DNA from: an uncultured virus (IMG/VR IMGVR_UViG_3300031087_000513)
Taxonomy: Duplodnaviria; Heunggongvirae; Uroviricota; Caudoviricetes
Direction: 5' to 3' (one strand)
IMG/VR virus record: IMGVR_UViG_3300031087_000513
Length of the DNA: 64,000 nucleotides
Below are positions 38,074-47,561 of the stretch, piece by piece. The notes beneath the pieces were generated by a model, which saw only the letters and a program-made list of their open reading frames with translations, made no database searches and was not told the DNA's origin. Positions within the stretch are counted from its first letter, which is position 1, and the number at the start of each line of letters is the position of its first letter. Made by a program: the position numbers and the translations under genes.

Positions 38074-38295
38074 ATGGCAGAACGATTAGTAAAATGAGCG
38101 AAACGGAAGCGTATTCATCCGAAAATCGCTTATAAAATGTACCGAAAAGGCATGATTTTACTCCCTGATGAACTACAAAATGATTTTATCTCTGATCTGA
38201 TGGGCCTGTTAGCTTCTTTTGTTGTAAAATTGTACGGTCAGCGTTTAGCAAAAATCGTGCTGATAAAGCGGTGAAAGTGTTAGGAGAAGTATACG
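38074..38295 (+). pseudogene. tnpA: IS607 serine-recombinase transposase remnant
   Basis: MAERLVK*AKRKRIHPKIAYKMYRKG joined to DFISDLMGLLASFVVKLYGQR; stop, deletion and frameshift. Confidence 0.75.
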
Positions 38296-39612
38296 GTGCA
38301 AACCATTGCCTTAAAATACGCCCTGAGCCCTACTATAAGTCAGATGGATTCGCTTTCCTCTCATATCGGGGCTGCTCGTTATGCTTATAACTGGTCCGTA
38401 GCAACCGTGGCAGCAAATTGGGAAGCAGTTCAACAGGAACCGACTATTCCTTACATGAACCTGTCAGCTTACGGTTTACGGAAAGAGCTGAACCGAGTCA
38501 AGGATGAGATTGCTCCCTGGTGGCGAGAGAACAGCAAAGAAGCATTCGCTACTGGAACCGCTAACGCTGCAATGGCTTTCAAGAATTGGTTCAAAAATCG
38601 CAACGGTACCAGGTCTGGCAAAACAGGATTCCCAAAATTTAAAACACGGAACCATGACACGCAGACAGGTATTGTTTTCACTACTGGAACACGTAGGCTT
38701 GAATCCGATAATTGTCATTTCACCCTACCCACCATTGGGTCAGTGCGGTTACACGAGAAAGCGAAAACTCTCCGCTGGTTCTTACATCAGGGCAGTACTA
38801 TTGCTAATGTAACAGTTCGTAAGGATGGAACTCGCTGGATTGCTTCCATTAATGTAAAAGTAGAGGATACTCTTGCTTTGCAGTACTTCGCTGGAAAACA
38901 AGGTAGGAAAACTCGTAAATCAGCTGTTGGTGTTGATGTTGGTCTGAAAGTTTTCCTCGCCACAAGCGATGGAGCATTCATAGAAAATCCAGCTTTCCAG
39001 CGTAAAGCATTAGCGAAGATACGTAAAGCTAATAAGCGGTTAGCGCGGAGACGAAAACTGGATAAGCGCACTGGGGAGACTGCCTCAGTGCGTTGGGACA
39101 AAGCGCATCAACAGCTTGTGAGAACCCATGAGAAGATTCGTAACCAGAGGACTGATTTCCTACACAAGGTAAGCAAACAGTTAGTTGATGATTACCAGCT
39201 CATCGGGATAGAAGACCTGCATATTGCTGGGATGGTACAGAACAGGCACTTATCCAGAAGTATTGCTGACGCGGGTTGGGGTGAGTTTCGTAGGCAGCTC
39301 ACTTATAAGAGTGCTTGGTATGGAAATGAGTTACAAGTAATTCCTCGGTTCTACCCGAGTAGTAAAATGTGTTCAGCTTGTGAGACAGTAAAAGCCACAC
39401 TGTCTCTAAGCGAACGGACATTTAGTTGCGCAACTTGCGGTTTAGTAATGGACCGTGATGTGAACGCTGCTGTGAACATTAGGAATAAAGCTGTCGCCCA
39501 GAGTTGCGGGGAGACATTAAACGAACGTGGAGAGGAAAGCACTGGCTTGGTCAAGTTGACAAGTGAAACTATCCTCGGTGAAACGTTAAGAGACAATAGT
39601 CTCAAGTCATAA
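38296..39612 (+). CDS. tnpB: RNA-guided endonuclease TnpB
   Basis: GVDVG, IEDL, CSAC...CATC, DRDVNAAVNI. Confidence 0.95.
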   Translation: MQTIALKYALSPTISQMDSLSSHIGAARYAYNWSVATVAANWEAVQQEPTIPYMNLSAYGLRKELNRVKDEIAPWWRENSKEAFATGTANAAMAFKNWFKNRNGTRSGKTGFPKFKTRNHDTQTGIVFTTGTRRLESDNCHFTLPTIGSVRLHEKAKTLRWFLHQGSTIANVTVRKDGTRWIASINVKVEDTLALQYFAGKQGRKTRKSAVGVDVGLKVFLATSDGAFIENPAFQRKALAKIRKANKRLARRRKLDKRTGETASVRWDKAHQQLVRTHEKIRNQRTDFLHKVSKQLVDDYQLIGIEDLHIAGMVQNRHLSRSIADAGWGEFRRQLTYKSAWYGNELQVIPRFYPSSKMCSACETVKATLSLSERTFSCATCGLVMDRDVNAAVNIRNKAVAQSCGETLNERGEESTGLVKLTSETILGETLRDNSLKS

Positions 39613-39690
39613 AAGACTAAGTTTATGTTGGCGAACAGTTTACTGTCCATCATCGCAAACTTAACGGTTGAACTCTTGAAACACCTATGA
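39490..39690 (+). ncRNA. putative omegaRNA (right end plus guide), boundaries approximate
   Basis: Expected position overlapping the tnpB 3' end; short hairpins; ends near AACGG. Confidence 0.5.
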
Positions 39691-39731
39691 TAGTATGAGC
39701 TTCTAACCTTTTTAGAGAGAAGAGAACTACC

Positions 39732-40049
39732 GTGGGTCACATTTCAGAGCGTCTTCTATGGCGCATCAGCGCAGTACTTTTCGCTGGCGGCGCACTCGGT
39801 ATGGTTGTGACCGGACTTGTCTGGGCTGCTGTCGGAGGTATCCCGCAGTTCGCATCATGGGACAACTTCCTCTCCACGAGTTTCATCACCTGTGCAGGGC
39901 TTCTATTCATTGCGTTCCTCCTCGCCGCTCTGGACTCTGCCTGGTATGCCACACAAAACTCTGAGAAGCGCATGCAAAGGAAGTTGCGTCAGGAACTTAA
40001 TGACGGAACCTTTCTCGCTTCCTGCAATGTGAGTCAGCAGGACAAGTAA
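39732..40049 (+). CDS. two-TM protein (paralog pair D)
   Basis: Tail RMQRKLRQELNDGTFLASC. Confidence 0.7.
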   Translation: MGHISERLLWRISAVLFAGGALGMVVTGLVWAAVGGIPQFASWDNFLSTSFITCAGLLFIAFLLAALDSAWYATQNSEKRMQRKLRQELNDGTFLASCNVSQQDK

Positions 40050-40052
40050 CCG

Positions 40053-40376
40053 ATGAACGCTTTACAGAGCGCAACCTATGTGCGCATCACTCATGTAGTG
40101 CTGTTCATTGGCCTCATTTTACTGTTCCTATGTGGTTTGCCTTACGGACTTGTACAGACGCTTCACCCACATGGTTTAGAAGCTGTGAAATGGGTTCTGG
40201 GAACGGCTGCAAATATTGGCCTGTATAGCTTGCTGATTGGTTTCCTGATGATGGCGGGAACGGTGTATACGCAGTTTGTTGAGCAGCAGAGTCAACGCCG
40301 CATGGAGTCGCGTTTCCATAGAGAGCTTGATGACCCAGAGTTCCTTGCCTGGTGCGAGAATGGACGCTCCTCATGA
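40053..40376 (+). CDS. two-TM protein (paralog pair D)
   Basis: Tail RMESRFHRELDDPEFLAWC. Confidence 0.7.
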   Translation: MNALQSATYVRITHVVLFIGLILLFLCGLPYGLVQTLHPHGLEAVKWVLGTAANIGLYSLLIGFLMMAGTVYTQFVEQQSQRRMESRFHRELDDPEFLAWCENGRSS

Positions 40377-40762
40377 TTGGCTTCATCTTCCTTGCCCACC
40401 TTGTTGGTGATTACCTTCTCCAAGGCGACTGGATGGCGAGCGAGAAAACCAAACGATGGTTCCCTGCGGTTGTGCATGGATTCGTGTACACGCTCCCGTT
40501 CATTTTCATCACCCAATCCATCCCTGCTCTGCTTATCATTTGTCTGACACACATTGTCATTGACCGTTACCGTTTGGCGAAGTGTGTTATCTGGTTCATT
40601 AATCAGATTGGGCCGAAAGCTTATCGTTATTCATGGGCAGAAGGCAAAGAGAATTCAGGGTATACGGCATCTAAGCCAGCTTTCATTAGTGTGTGGCTTC
40701 TCTTCATCGTAGACAACACTATTCACATCCTTATCAATACCGCAGCGGTTTATTGGTTCTAA
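40373..40762 (+). CDS. DUF3307 membrane protein
   Basis: AHLVGDYLLQ--WMA--K, H---Y, H--ID, D---H. Confidence 0.85.
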   Translation: MIGFIFLAHLVGDYLLQGDWMASEKTKRWFPAVVHGFVYTLPFIFITQSIPALLIICLTHIVIDRYRLAKCVIWFINQIGPKAYRYSWAEGKENSGYTASKPAFISVWLLFIVDNTIHILINTAAVYWF

Positions 40763-40775
40763 GAAAAGATTCAAC

Positions 40776-41468
40776 ATGACAGAGACAATGTATGAACTGT
40801 ACGGCTTTTCTAAAGCTGAACATGGAAAGCAGGAGAGCTTTATCCCAGCTACTCCTTTTGTTGTGAAGGACTCTGAAATTTACCTTGCGGAGAGCTTCGT
40901 AACAGGTAAGACTCCTCAGCTGTATCAGGTTCCTGAGGAGGAAGCTTCTCAGTTCCTTGTTCCTGTTGAACATTTGGCTTACCTTGCTGAGAATGAGGAG
41001 CTAATTCTCACAGGGCGAGGTTTTATGCGTTTGTTGGATAGCCTCGGAATCAAACATGAGTTGCACACATGGTTGAAAGCAGACGACTACTACTGGAATC
41101 TGCTTCTTCGTGATGACTATGAGCGTATGAATGCTCATTGGGGTCGTGAAGCTGCGACTTGGCTGGAAAAGCAGCTTCTGTCAGGGGAGCTTCTGCATGA
41201 GGAGAAGGCGAAGATTGCTATGTCCCTCATGTTCACAGGTGATGCTGTGTCAGAAAAGGATTGGGTCCTGTCAACTGTTGCTGCTGAGCTGATTCAGAAT
41301 ACCCGTGCGACAGTGAACAGATTCCTGGCTGTGAAGCAGACTAAAAAGACAACCCCTGACGAGTTGAGTCGCAATGCTCATAATGCTCGTGCGCCATTTG
41401 ACTCATTGGAAGACATGGAGCAGGCTGTTCGCAATTACAAAGAAGAGCATGCGCTTCTTTCTGCATAA
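40776..41468 (+). CDS. paralog family E
   Basis: LYGF...PF...TG--F---LD-L-I-H...W...YYW...A--WLE. Confidence 0.8.
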   Translation: MTETMYELYGFSKAEHGKQESFIPATPFVVKDSEIYLAESFVTGKTPQLYQVPEEEASQFLVPVEHLAYLAENEELILTGRGFMRLLDSLGIKHELHTWLKADDYYWNLLLRDDYERMNAHWGREAATWLEKQLLSGELLHEEKAKIAMSLMFTGDAVSEKDWVLSTVAAELIQNTRATVNRFLAVKQTKKTTPDELSRNAHNARAPFDSLEDMEQAVRNYKEEHALLSA

Positions 41469-41510
41469 AGCTTTTGGAGCTAAGCTCTGCTTATTTGGTA
41501 AGATGAAACC

Positions 41511-42245
41511 ATGAGTAATGAACAAACGATGAGATTGTATGGTTTCTACTGGCATCAACATGGAAACGAAGGCGCTTTCACCTATACTGAACCATTCTTT
41601 ACTGATGGCGAAACAGTCTACCGTTCAAACAAACATCCTCGCTTTATCCCAGAAGAAGGTGAGGAAATGATTGGTTCGCTCACCGAAGTTTTTTCATATG
41701 ATGTAAAAGATTACCTAACTCCCGTTGAGCAGGAAGCGTACGCTGGACTCAACGATGTTGTTGCTATTAGTGGCGATGAGTTTGTTGAATCCTTGGATCA
41801 ATTAGACATTCCTCACGATGTAAACACTTGGAATAAGACAAGAGGTTTCTATTGGAATGTCATGCCTTTCTTAGACTATGAAATTCAGAGTGCCCGCTAT
41901 GGTCGGATGGCAGCTCAGTGGTTAGAGAAGCACCTTTTTAGTGCTGAACGCTACGATGCAGTTCGGGTAAAGACTGCTATTCGTCTTATGTTCCTCAATG
42001 GAGCTGACACGAAAGAAGACTTGATTCTCACTGCTGTTGCTGCGCGTCTTACTGGAGACCTTCGTCGGATTGACTTTAATGAGCGTGATGCAGTCCGCTC
42101 TCACAAAGGCGACCCGCCTTATGCACGTCCTGCACGATACCTGACACGCTTACAGCTACAAAATGATGTGCGCAAATTTGAAAAGAAGCATGGTTTGCAT
42201 GAAAAAGCTCAAACAGCTGTAGCTCAAGCGAAGAATGAAAGCTGA
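41511..42245 (+). CDS. paralog family E
   Basis: MRLYGFY...SGDEFVESLDQLDIPH...FYW...AAQWLE. Confidence 0.8.
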   Translation: MSNEQTMRLYGFYWHQHGNEGAFTYTEPFFTDGETVYRSNKHPRFIPEEGEEMIGSLTEVFSYDVKDYLTPVEQEAYAGLNDVVAISGDEFVESLDQLDIPHDVNTWNKTRGFYWNVMPFLDYEIQSARYGRMAAQWLEKHLFSAERYDAVRVKTAIRLMFLNGADTKEDLILTAVAARLTGDLRRIDFNERDAVRSHKGDPPYARPARYLTRLQLQNDVRKFEKKHGLHEKAQTAVAQAKNES

Positions 42246-42258
42246 TAGTCCATAAGTC

Positions 42259-42939
42259 ATGTCAAAAAAATCTGAACCTCAATCCATGCAACTTTTCGGT
42301 TTCTACAATAAGCAAGGCCGGAAGCATGACGTATACCTGCGTACAGCTCCATACTATGTTGACGGAAAAAATGTCATCACCATGGAGAACGGCAAACTCC
42401 GGGAGCTCACAAAGAAAGACAAGAAAGAGAACGCACATCAGGTTGATGTGCAACTGTACGGCACGTTTGATGATGTCATCATTGTTACAGGTGAAGACTT
42501 TGCAAAGAGCTTAGATAAACTGCACATCCTTCACTCTATCCGTGAATGGAACACCTACGGCGAGTTCTACTGGAAGTTAGCTTCCGAAGCTGAATATGAG
42601 CACACTCACGCTTTGTGGGCACGGGAAGCAACTGCATGGCTTGAATATCATCTTGCTCATGCTCGTGAATACGATCAGGATGCTATACGTGAAGCACTGA
42701 GTCTTATGTACATTTATGGAGCTACCTCAGCAGAAGACTGGGCGCTCTCAGGAGCCGCAGCTGCTGTTGCTGGTTTAGATGACCGGATCAAGTTCAACAA
42801 ACTTGTTAGCGTCCAAGAAGAAAACGATGATTACCCAGACTGGGATGTAACTCCGTTCATCTCTGTTGAAGAATATGAAGCAGAGGTAGCTAATTACATT
42901 CTTGTTCACAAACTGTCATTACCCGGTTTATTAACCTAA
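42259..42939 (+). CDS. paralog family E
   Basis: MQLFGFY...TGEDFAKSLDKLHILH...FYW...ATAWLE. Confidence 0.8.
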   Translation: MSKKSEPQSMQLFGFYNKQGRKHDVYLRTAPYYVDGKNVITMENGKLRELTKKDKKENAHQVDVQLYGTFDDVIIVTGEDFAKSLDKLHILHSIREWNTYGEFYWKLASEAEYEHTHALWAREATAWLEYHLAHAREYDQDAIREALSLMYIYGATSAEDWALSGAAAAVAGLDDRIKFNKLVSVQEENDDYPDWDVTPFISVEEYEAEVANYILVHKLSLPGLLT

Positions 42940-42943
42940 CGAA

Positions 42944-43978
42944 TTATAAAACTTTATTAGTTTTTTTCATATTGCATTTTTTGTGGCTTGCCTGTAAGTT
43001 ATCTAAGGCATGTAATCCACCTTTTGATACAGGATAGATATGATCTATTTCTAGGGAGTCCAATTTTGGAGGCTTTATACTCAAATCAATAGGCGTGTGG
43101 CACAGTTGGCATATTCCTTTATCCCTATTATAAATTTCTAATGGGTCTATATCAGGAAGTTCAGAAGTTAATATATAGATGCCTTTAGTCCTCATTCTTG
43201 AGGTATAGCTATTTTTAAACCGGCTGATTCTTTTTCTTTTTTCAGAATATACACGTTGGGCTTTAGTCCAATAAGTATGTTCAGTCCCCACTGGAGTGAA
43301 AACAAGCGCCTCTGCATCGGCAGGCAAGTCATTTTCATCCTTATTGCGTATAAACTCGAAACCCCATTGCAGATTAGTTTCTTCTGAAAATTTCTTTATT
43401 GGAACAGTGTATCCATCAAAAAAGACAAAGTCTACCCCTAATAGAAGCCTTTCTAATAAGAATGTTTGAGGGTTAATAAATCCGTATTGATAACAGCCAG
43501 AATCAGGATTAAGAATGATTATAGGTATATTCTCCTCAATCAGTCCCTCTAAAACCTTAGAAATATAAGGGTCTTTGGGGGGAGGAAGAACAAAAGCTGG
43601 CACATACATACTGATAATGCCATGTCTCTCGTAAATATCACCAGGAATTGGATAGGGTGGAAATTCGTATAAATCTTCAGCTTCTGGAGTTGTTCGGAAT
43701 ATACCTGGTTCACGGTGTTGCAAATTTTTATTTAACCTAATTATGGAAGCTACATAATCTTCGTAGGAAGGAATCGATCCTTTTTTAATTTCTTCTTTTT
43801 TCAGAGCTTTTAGTTTTCGCCAGCAGTTATCCCGTCCGCACAAACCTCGTTTTATCATGTTAATATGTGTGCCATAAAGAATGGGATTTGCACATATTCG
43901 ACAAGGCGTTCCAAGTTCTACTGGGCTTGGGGATACAAGTACTGACTCCCACCAGTCCCACCAATCAGGTATATTCAT
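42944..43978 (-). CDS. HNH endonuclease
   Basis: RDKGICQLC...IDHIYPVSKGG-H---NLQ--H--CN--K; N-terminal Cys cluster; AT-rich; start uncertain. Confidence 0.88.
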   Translation of the reverse strand: MNIPDWWDWWESVLVSPSPVELGTPCRICANPILYGTHINMIKRGLCGRDNCWRKLKALKKEEIKKGSIPSYEDYVASIIRLNKNLQHREPGIFRTTPEAEDLYEFPPYPIPGDIYERHGIISMYVPAFVLPPPKDPYISKVLEGLIEENIPIIILNPDSGCYQYGFINPQTFLLERLLLGVDFVFFDGYTVPIKKFSEETNLQWGFEFIRNKDENDLPADAEALVFTPVGTEHTYWTKAQRVYSEKRKRISRFKNSYTSRMRTKGIYILTSELPDIDPLEIYNRDKGICQLCHTPIDLSIKPPKLDSLEIDHIYPVSKGGLHALDNLQASHKKCNMKKTNKVL

Positions 43979-44230
43979 ATCCAGGTTATCGGAAGAGCAG
44001 ATATATTGGAATAAAGGAATTTTCATGTCAAAAATAATTAGCATCAAAACACCAATAATACAAACAGGCGATGAAGCATTATACTCAGATTTTGCTTCTC
44101 TTTCCTTACGAAGTCGTAAACTTACTATCCTGTATGAGGATGGTTTCACTTTGGTAACGACGGTTATTTCTGAGTCGGAACAAATAATTATTGATACACT
44201 TGTAAAAAGCTAACCAAGAAGGATTTTCTA

Positions 44231-44920
44231 ATGAAAGTTGAAATCAGACATAACCCAAGCTATGCAGTAGCTCGGTGTTTCTTACAACCAAATGAAAGCA
44301 TGAAACTCCAGCCAGGCGCTATGATGGCGATGAGTCTCGGAATGAATATTGCAGCAAAATCAGACGGTGGAATCCTCAAAGGGCTTGGCCGTATGATTGG
44401 TGGGGAGAGCTTCTTCGTCTCCACTGTCACAGCTCCATCTAACGGTGGGTGGATTGACGTTATTCCAGAGATGGTTGGTGATGTGTTCTCCATTCCAGTC
44501 GACCCGTCAACTGATTTAGTACTCACCAAAGGTGCTTGGTTAGCGAATGATGGTGATATCCAAGTCAAACCTGACGCTTCCATCAGTGGAATGTTCGCCG
44601 GCGAAGGTCTTGTTGTTCTTCGTGCTCGAGGAACAGGGACTTTGATTGGTTCAACCTATGGAGCTATTGATGTGCACTCTTTGAAACCAGGGGAAGGTCT
44701 GACCATTGACACCGGTCACCTTGTTGCATGGGAGTCAACTGTTCAGATGCGAACCCGCAAGGTGAGCGGCTTCTTCAACTCTTTGAAGAGCAAAGAAGGT
44801 CTTGTTGTTGATGTGCAAGGACCAGGGGATGTTATTACTCAGTCTCGCGTACCAACCATTGTGACGCAGCAGACCCAATCCAACAACAACTTTGGTGGGT
44901 TTAGCATCTTAGGCAATTGA
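44231..44920 (+). CDS. TIGR00266/AIM24 family protein
   Basis: GAM--MS, GGESFF, GEGL, IDTGHLVAW, GPG-V--QSR. Confidence 0.9.
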   Translation: MKVEIRHNPSYAVARCFLQPNESMKLQPGAMMAMSLGMNIAAKSDGGILKGLGRMIGGESFFVSTVTAPSNGGWIDVIPEMVGDVFSIPVDPSTDLVLTKGAWLANDGDIQVKPDASISGMFAGEGLVVLRARGTGTLIGSTYGAIDVHSLKPGEGLTIDTGHLVAWESTVQMRTRKVSGFFNSLKSKEGLVVDVQGPGDVITQSRVPTIVTQQTQSNNNFGGFSILGN

Positions 44921-44930
44921 TAGTTCGAAT

Positions 44931-44971
44931 GAAGAAGGGGCGCTGATAATGTTATCAGCGCCCCTTCTTTT
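44931..44971. terminator. bidirectional terminator
   Basis: AAGAAGGGGCGCTGATAA/TTATCAGCGCCCCTTCTT. Confidence 0.85.
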
Positions 44972-44977
44972 TGAAGT

Positions 44978-45106
44978 TCAGCGTTTGCGAGCTTTGATGA
45001 CAATCTTCGCAACCTTTGGTGCAGCTTTCACTGCAAAGAGAACCAAACCAAGTTTCGTTCTTGCTGGGAGCTTCTTCCAAATGCCTCGAACTGCTTTATT
45101 TTTCAT
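44978..45106 (-). CDS. 42-aa cationic amphipathic peptide (not in ORF track)
   Basis: MKNKAVRGIWKKLPARTKLGLVLFAVKAAPKVAKIVIKARKR; TGATG coupling; ends just before terminator. Confidence 0.65.
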   Translation of the reverse strand: MKNKAVRGIWKKLPARTKLGLVLFAVKAAPKVAKIVIKARKR

Positions 45107-45288
45107 CAGGTAATCCTCTTCTTTTGAGACGGCCACTGCTCATCAGTTGCCGAAGGTCTGTTGTTTTCCAGTAATGGTGAGTCAAGCGGAATCTTAGACG
45201 CTGCAATGATGTGGTCAGCAAGAATGATTCCATCATGTTCAGCCAGAGCAACAAGTACTCGGGCTGCCGCGACTTCACTCTTCTTCAT
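45106..45288 (-). CDS. small hypothetical protein
   Basis: Fills operon gap with overlaps on both sides. Confidence 0.55.
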   Translation of the reverse strand: MKKSEVAAARVLVALAEHDGIILADHIIAASKIPLDSPLLENNRPSATDEQWPSQKKRIT

Positions 45289-45829
45289 CAGAAGCTTCCT
45301 CTGATTTCGCTTCACCGCTTGAGCTGTCTAACTCTTCCTCCCATTCAGCAGGAGTATGCTTTTCAACACCTAATTCCTGCTCCCACTCCTGCATTGCACT
45401 ACGGCGTTCACGAGCTGCTTTCATCTCGTCGTAGTACTCTTCCAGAGGGGTGCGGTACTGCTTGATGATATCCTGAGCTTTCTCAGCGTCAAACGGAGTA
45501 TCTTCGTTATCGGTAAGCTCTCGAAGCTGACCCAGAATGTTGTCAAGACGATGCAGACGGTCGCTTTGCTCTTTAATTTTGCGCCGCAAATCATCAGCCG
45601 GTTTCCGCCAGAACTCACGCTCTGTCAGCACGAAGCTGGAAGTAATGCGAGAAAGCCAGTAGAGATAGTGGTAATCGTCAGGATTGGTAAGGTCTAACGT
45701 ATCCGTGTCAAGACGCAACCCACCGTTACCCCACATTTTGCCAACAAGCTCGGGGAGAATACGCTCGGTCTCACGTTCTCGCATTTCATGCTCAGCGTTG
45801 ATGCGTTTCTGCTCTTCTTCTGACAGCAT
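45275..45829 (-). CDS. acidic coiled-coil protein
   Basis: SD GAGGAGG; in operon. Confidence 0.8.
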   Translation of the reverse strand: MLSEEEQKRINAEHEMRERETERILPELVGKMWGNGGLRLDTDTLDLTNPDDYHYLYWLSRITSSFVLTEREFWRKPADDLRRKIKEQSDRLHRLDNILGQLRELTDNEDTPFDAEKAQDIIKQYRTPLEEYYDEMKAARERRSAMQEWEQELGVEKHTPAEWEEELDSSSGEAKSEEASDEEE

Positions 45830-46312
45830 TTACTTAGCCTCCTCTTTCAACGTCACAACGTACACATCTTCTGAACCCCAGAAGCGTGCACCTTCAATAC
45901 TCCATGTGTCTACATACCCGTCCTCTTCGACGTTCTGACCTTCTGGGAAGACAAACTTATAGTCAGGGTAACGAGGGTCTTCTGCTTCTTCAATAGGGCA
46001 CTGCTCAACAGTGATAGCAGTGTCTGAGCCAAGCCAGCTGGAGTCTTCCCAGTTACGGAACCAGGCATACACAGCTTTTCCTCGCAGGTCAACGCCTTCC
46101 AGGTCGCTCATACGGAACAGCTGAGCCTGAGCGTAGTTCTTCGGGAAGCAGTTACGCACTTCGGACAATCGGCGGTCAGCGCGAATGGCATCTTCGTAGG
46201 AGAAGTAGACGGCATTCTTGTCATCTGCGTCAACAGGCTCGTAGCCAACTGTTTTGATGTTGACGGTAAGATCAAGAGGTTTCAAGTCAGGTGTAGAAGG
46301 CATGATCTTCAT
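45830..46312 (-). CDS. acidic hypothetical protein
   Basis: Leaderless start after TGTTAGAAT. Confidence 0.75.
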   Translation of the reverse strand: MKIMPSTPDLKPLDLTVNIKTVGYEPVDADDKNAVYFSYEDAIRADRRLSEVRNCFPKNYAQAQLFRMSDLEGVDLRGKAVYAWFRNWEDSSWLGSDTAITVEQCPIEEAEDPRYPDYKFVFPEGQNVEEDGYVDTWSIEGARFWGSEDVYVVTLKEEAK

Positions 46313-46381
46313 TCTAACACATTAACGCGTTGACGGCAAGAGCTGAACAAAAACTCTTGCCGTCAACGGATAAAATAGAAA

Positions 46382-46576
46382 TTACTGAGGAGGAAGGGCT
46401 TCTGTAATACTTGCGTAACAAGCAATCACAGAAAGTGCGAGAATGAATAGTACTGCGCACGTGTAAATAACCCATTTTTTGGGTTCTTTCATCGGAGTTT
46501 TAGCGTCAGAATGCTGATGCTTCAATGCATGGTTCATAGCTTTATTATTATCGGGAGAAATGATTGTTTTGACCAT
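46382..46576 (-). CDS. small single-TM protein
   Basis: C-terminal hydrophobic helix; start uncertain. Confidence 0.5.
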   Translation of the reverse strand: MVKTIISPDNNKAMNHALKHQHSDAKTPMKEPKKWVIYTCAVLFILALSVIACYASITEALPPQ

Positions 46577-46583
46577 GCGATTT

Positions 46584-47198
46584 TTACCGAACCCTACGGT
46601 AAACGTACGGGGAGGCTGAACGGGTTTTGACAAGCTCAGCTTGCATCAGTCGCTCGTTCACTTCCTGCTTCTGCGGGTTGAAAAAGCGGTTCCCCTCAAC
46701 AGTCCACCAGCCTTCATCATCAACCTGAACAGGCCCTGTTGCAGACCAAGACATTCCCGTCCATTTGTACGGCTGCTCATCATTCTTGAACTGAGCTATG
46801 ACCCGAAGACCAACCCAATTCGTTCCTTCGAAGTTCTTCACCTGCTTCGTAAGGTGTCGCTTCAATGCTGCAACATGCTTTTCAGCAGCTTCCTTCTCAC
46901 GAGCTTCGGGGTGAAAGTGGAACAAGGCAAGTTTGTTCAAGTGCGCAATTTCGTCCTTGTTGGCCTCATTGTAATCCATCACATTGTGAGAACCTGGGTT
47001 CTGACCCTTCCAGGAGTTCATGGCAGCCCGTTCAGTTCGGTGTCCCTGAGAAACGAACTGGAAGTTGTCATAATCGTAGTCATCATCCCACTCAGGGTCA
47101 TAGTTTTCCCTTGCAAGTCCAGTGATACGCTCATAGAACCCAATGGACCAGGTTCCGTCTTCATTCTGCCAGACCATGTTTTCGTGGTTGAACGACAT
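46584..47198 (-). CDS. hypothetical protein
   Basis: SD AAGGAG; WQ--DGTW-IGFY motif. Confidence 0.8.
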   Translation of the reverse strand: MSFNHENMVWQNEDGTWSIGFYERITGLARENYDPEWDDDYDYDNFQFVSQGHRTERAAMNSWKGQNPGSHNVMDYNEANKDEIAHLNKLALFHFHPEAREKEAAEKHVAALKRHLTKQVKNFEGTNWVGLRVIAQFKNDEQPYKWTGMSWSATGPVQVDDEGWWTVEGNRFFNPQKQEVNERLMQAELVKTRSASPYVYRRVR

Positions 47199-47387
47199 GT
47201 GATTCTCCTTGAAAAATATTCGCTTTGTACCGATTTTGAGTATAGCACTTTCCTGGCTCTTATGCTACCCTATAGATAGAAGAACCTTGCTGGCGACAAT
47301 CAGTGGAACCTGGGATTTTCCTGGGCATCATTGCTAATGTCAGACCGTTAGGTTATAGTGTAAGACAAGGATAGGGAGGTTACAAAG

Positions 47388-47558
47388 ATGTTCAACGAAA
47401 TCATGACCATGGCTGAACTGGCCAAGGCGTACAAGAAGAAGCGCAACAAGATTGCGAAGAAGCACCTTCCGCTGCGCGAACTGTCCTGGGAGCAGGCTGT
47501 TCTGAAGACTGAGTTCCAGGCGCGCCGTAACCTTATTCTCACCTCTGAAGGAGTCTAA
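47388..47558 (+). CDS. 56-aa basic protein (not in ORF track)
   Basis: SD GGGAGG, MFNEIMTMAELAKAYKKKRNK...; strongly biased codons. Confidence 0.75.
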   Translation: MFNEIMTMAELAKAYKKKRNKIAKKHLPLRELSWEQAVLKTEFQARRNLILTSEGV

Positions 47559-47561
47559 TTT

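Larger units (their letters stand above)
38024..39672 (+). mobile_element. IS607-family element, non-autonomous
   Basis: tnpA remnant plus tnpB; GGTTGAA at both junctions (38024-38030, 39666-39672). Confidence 0.75.
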
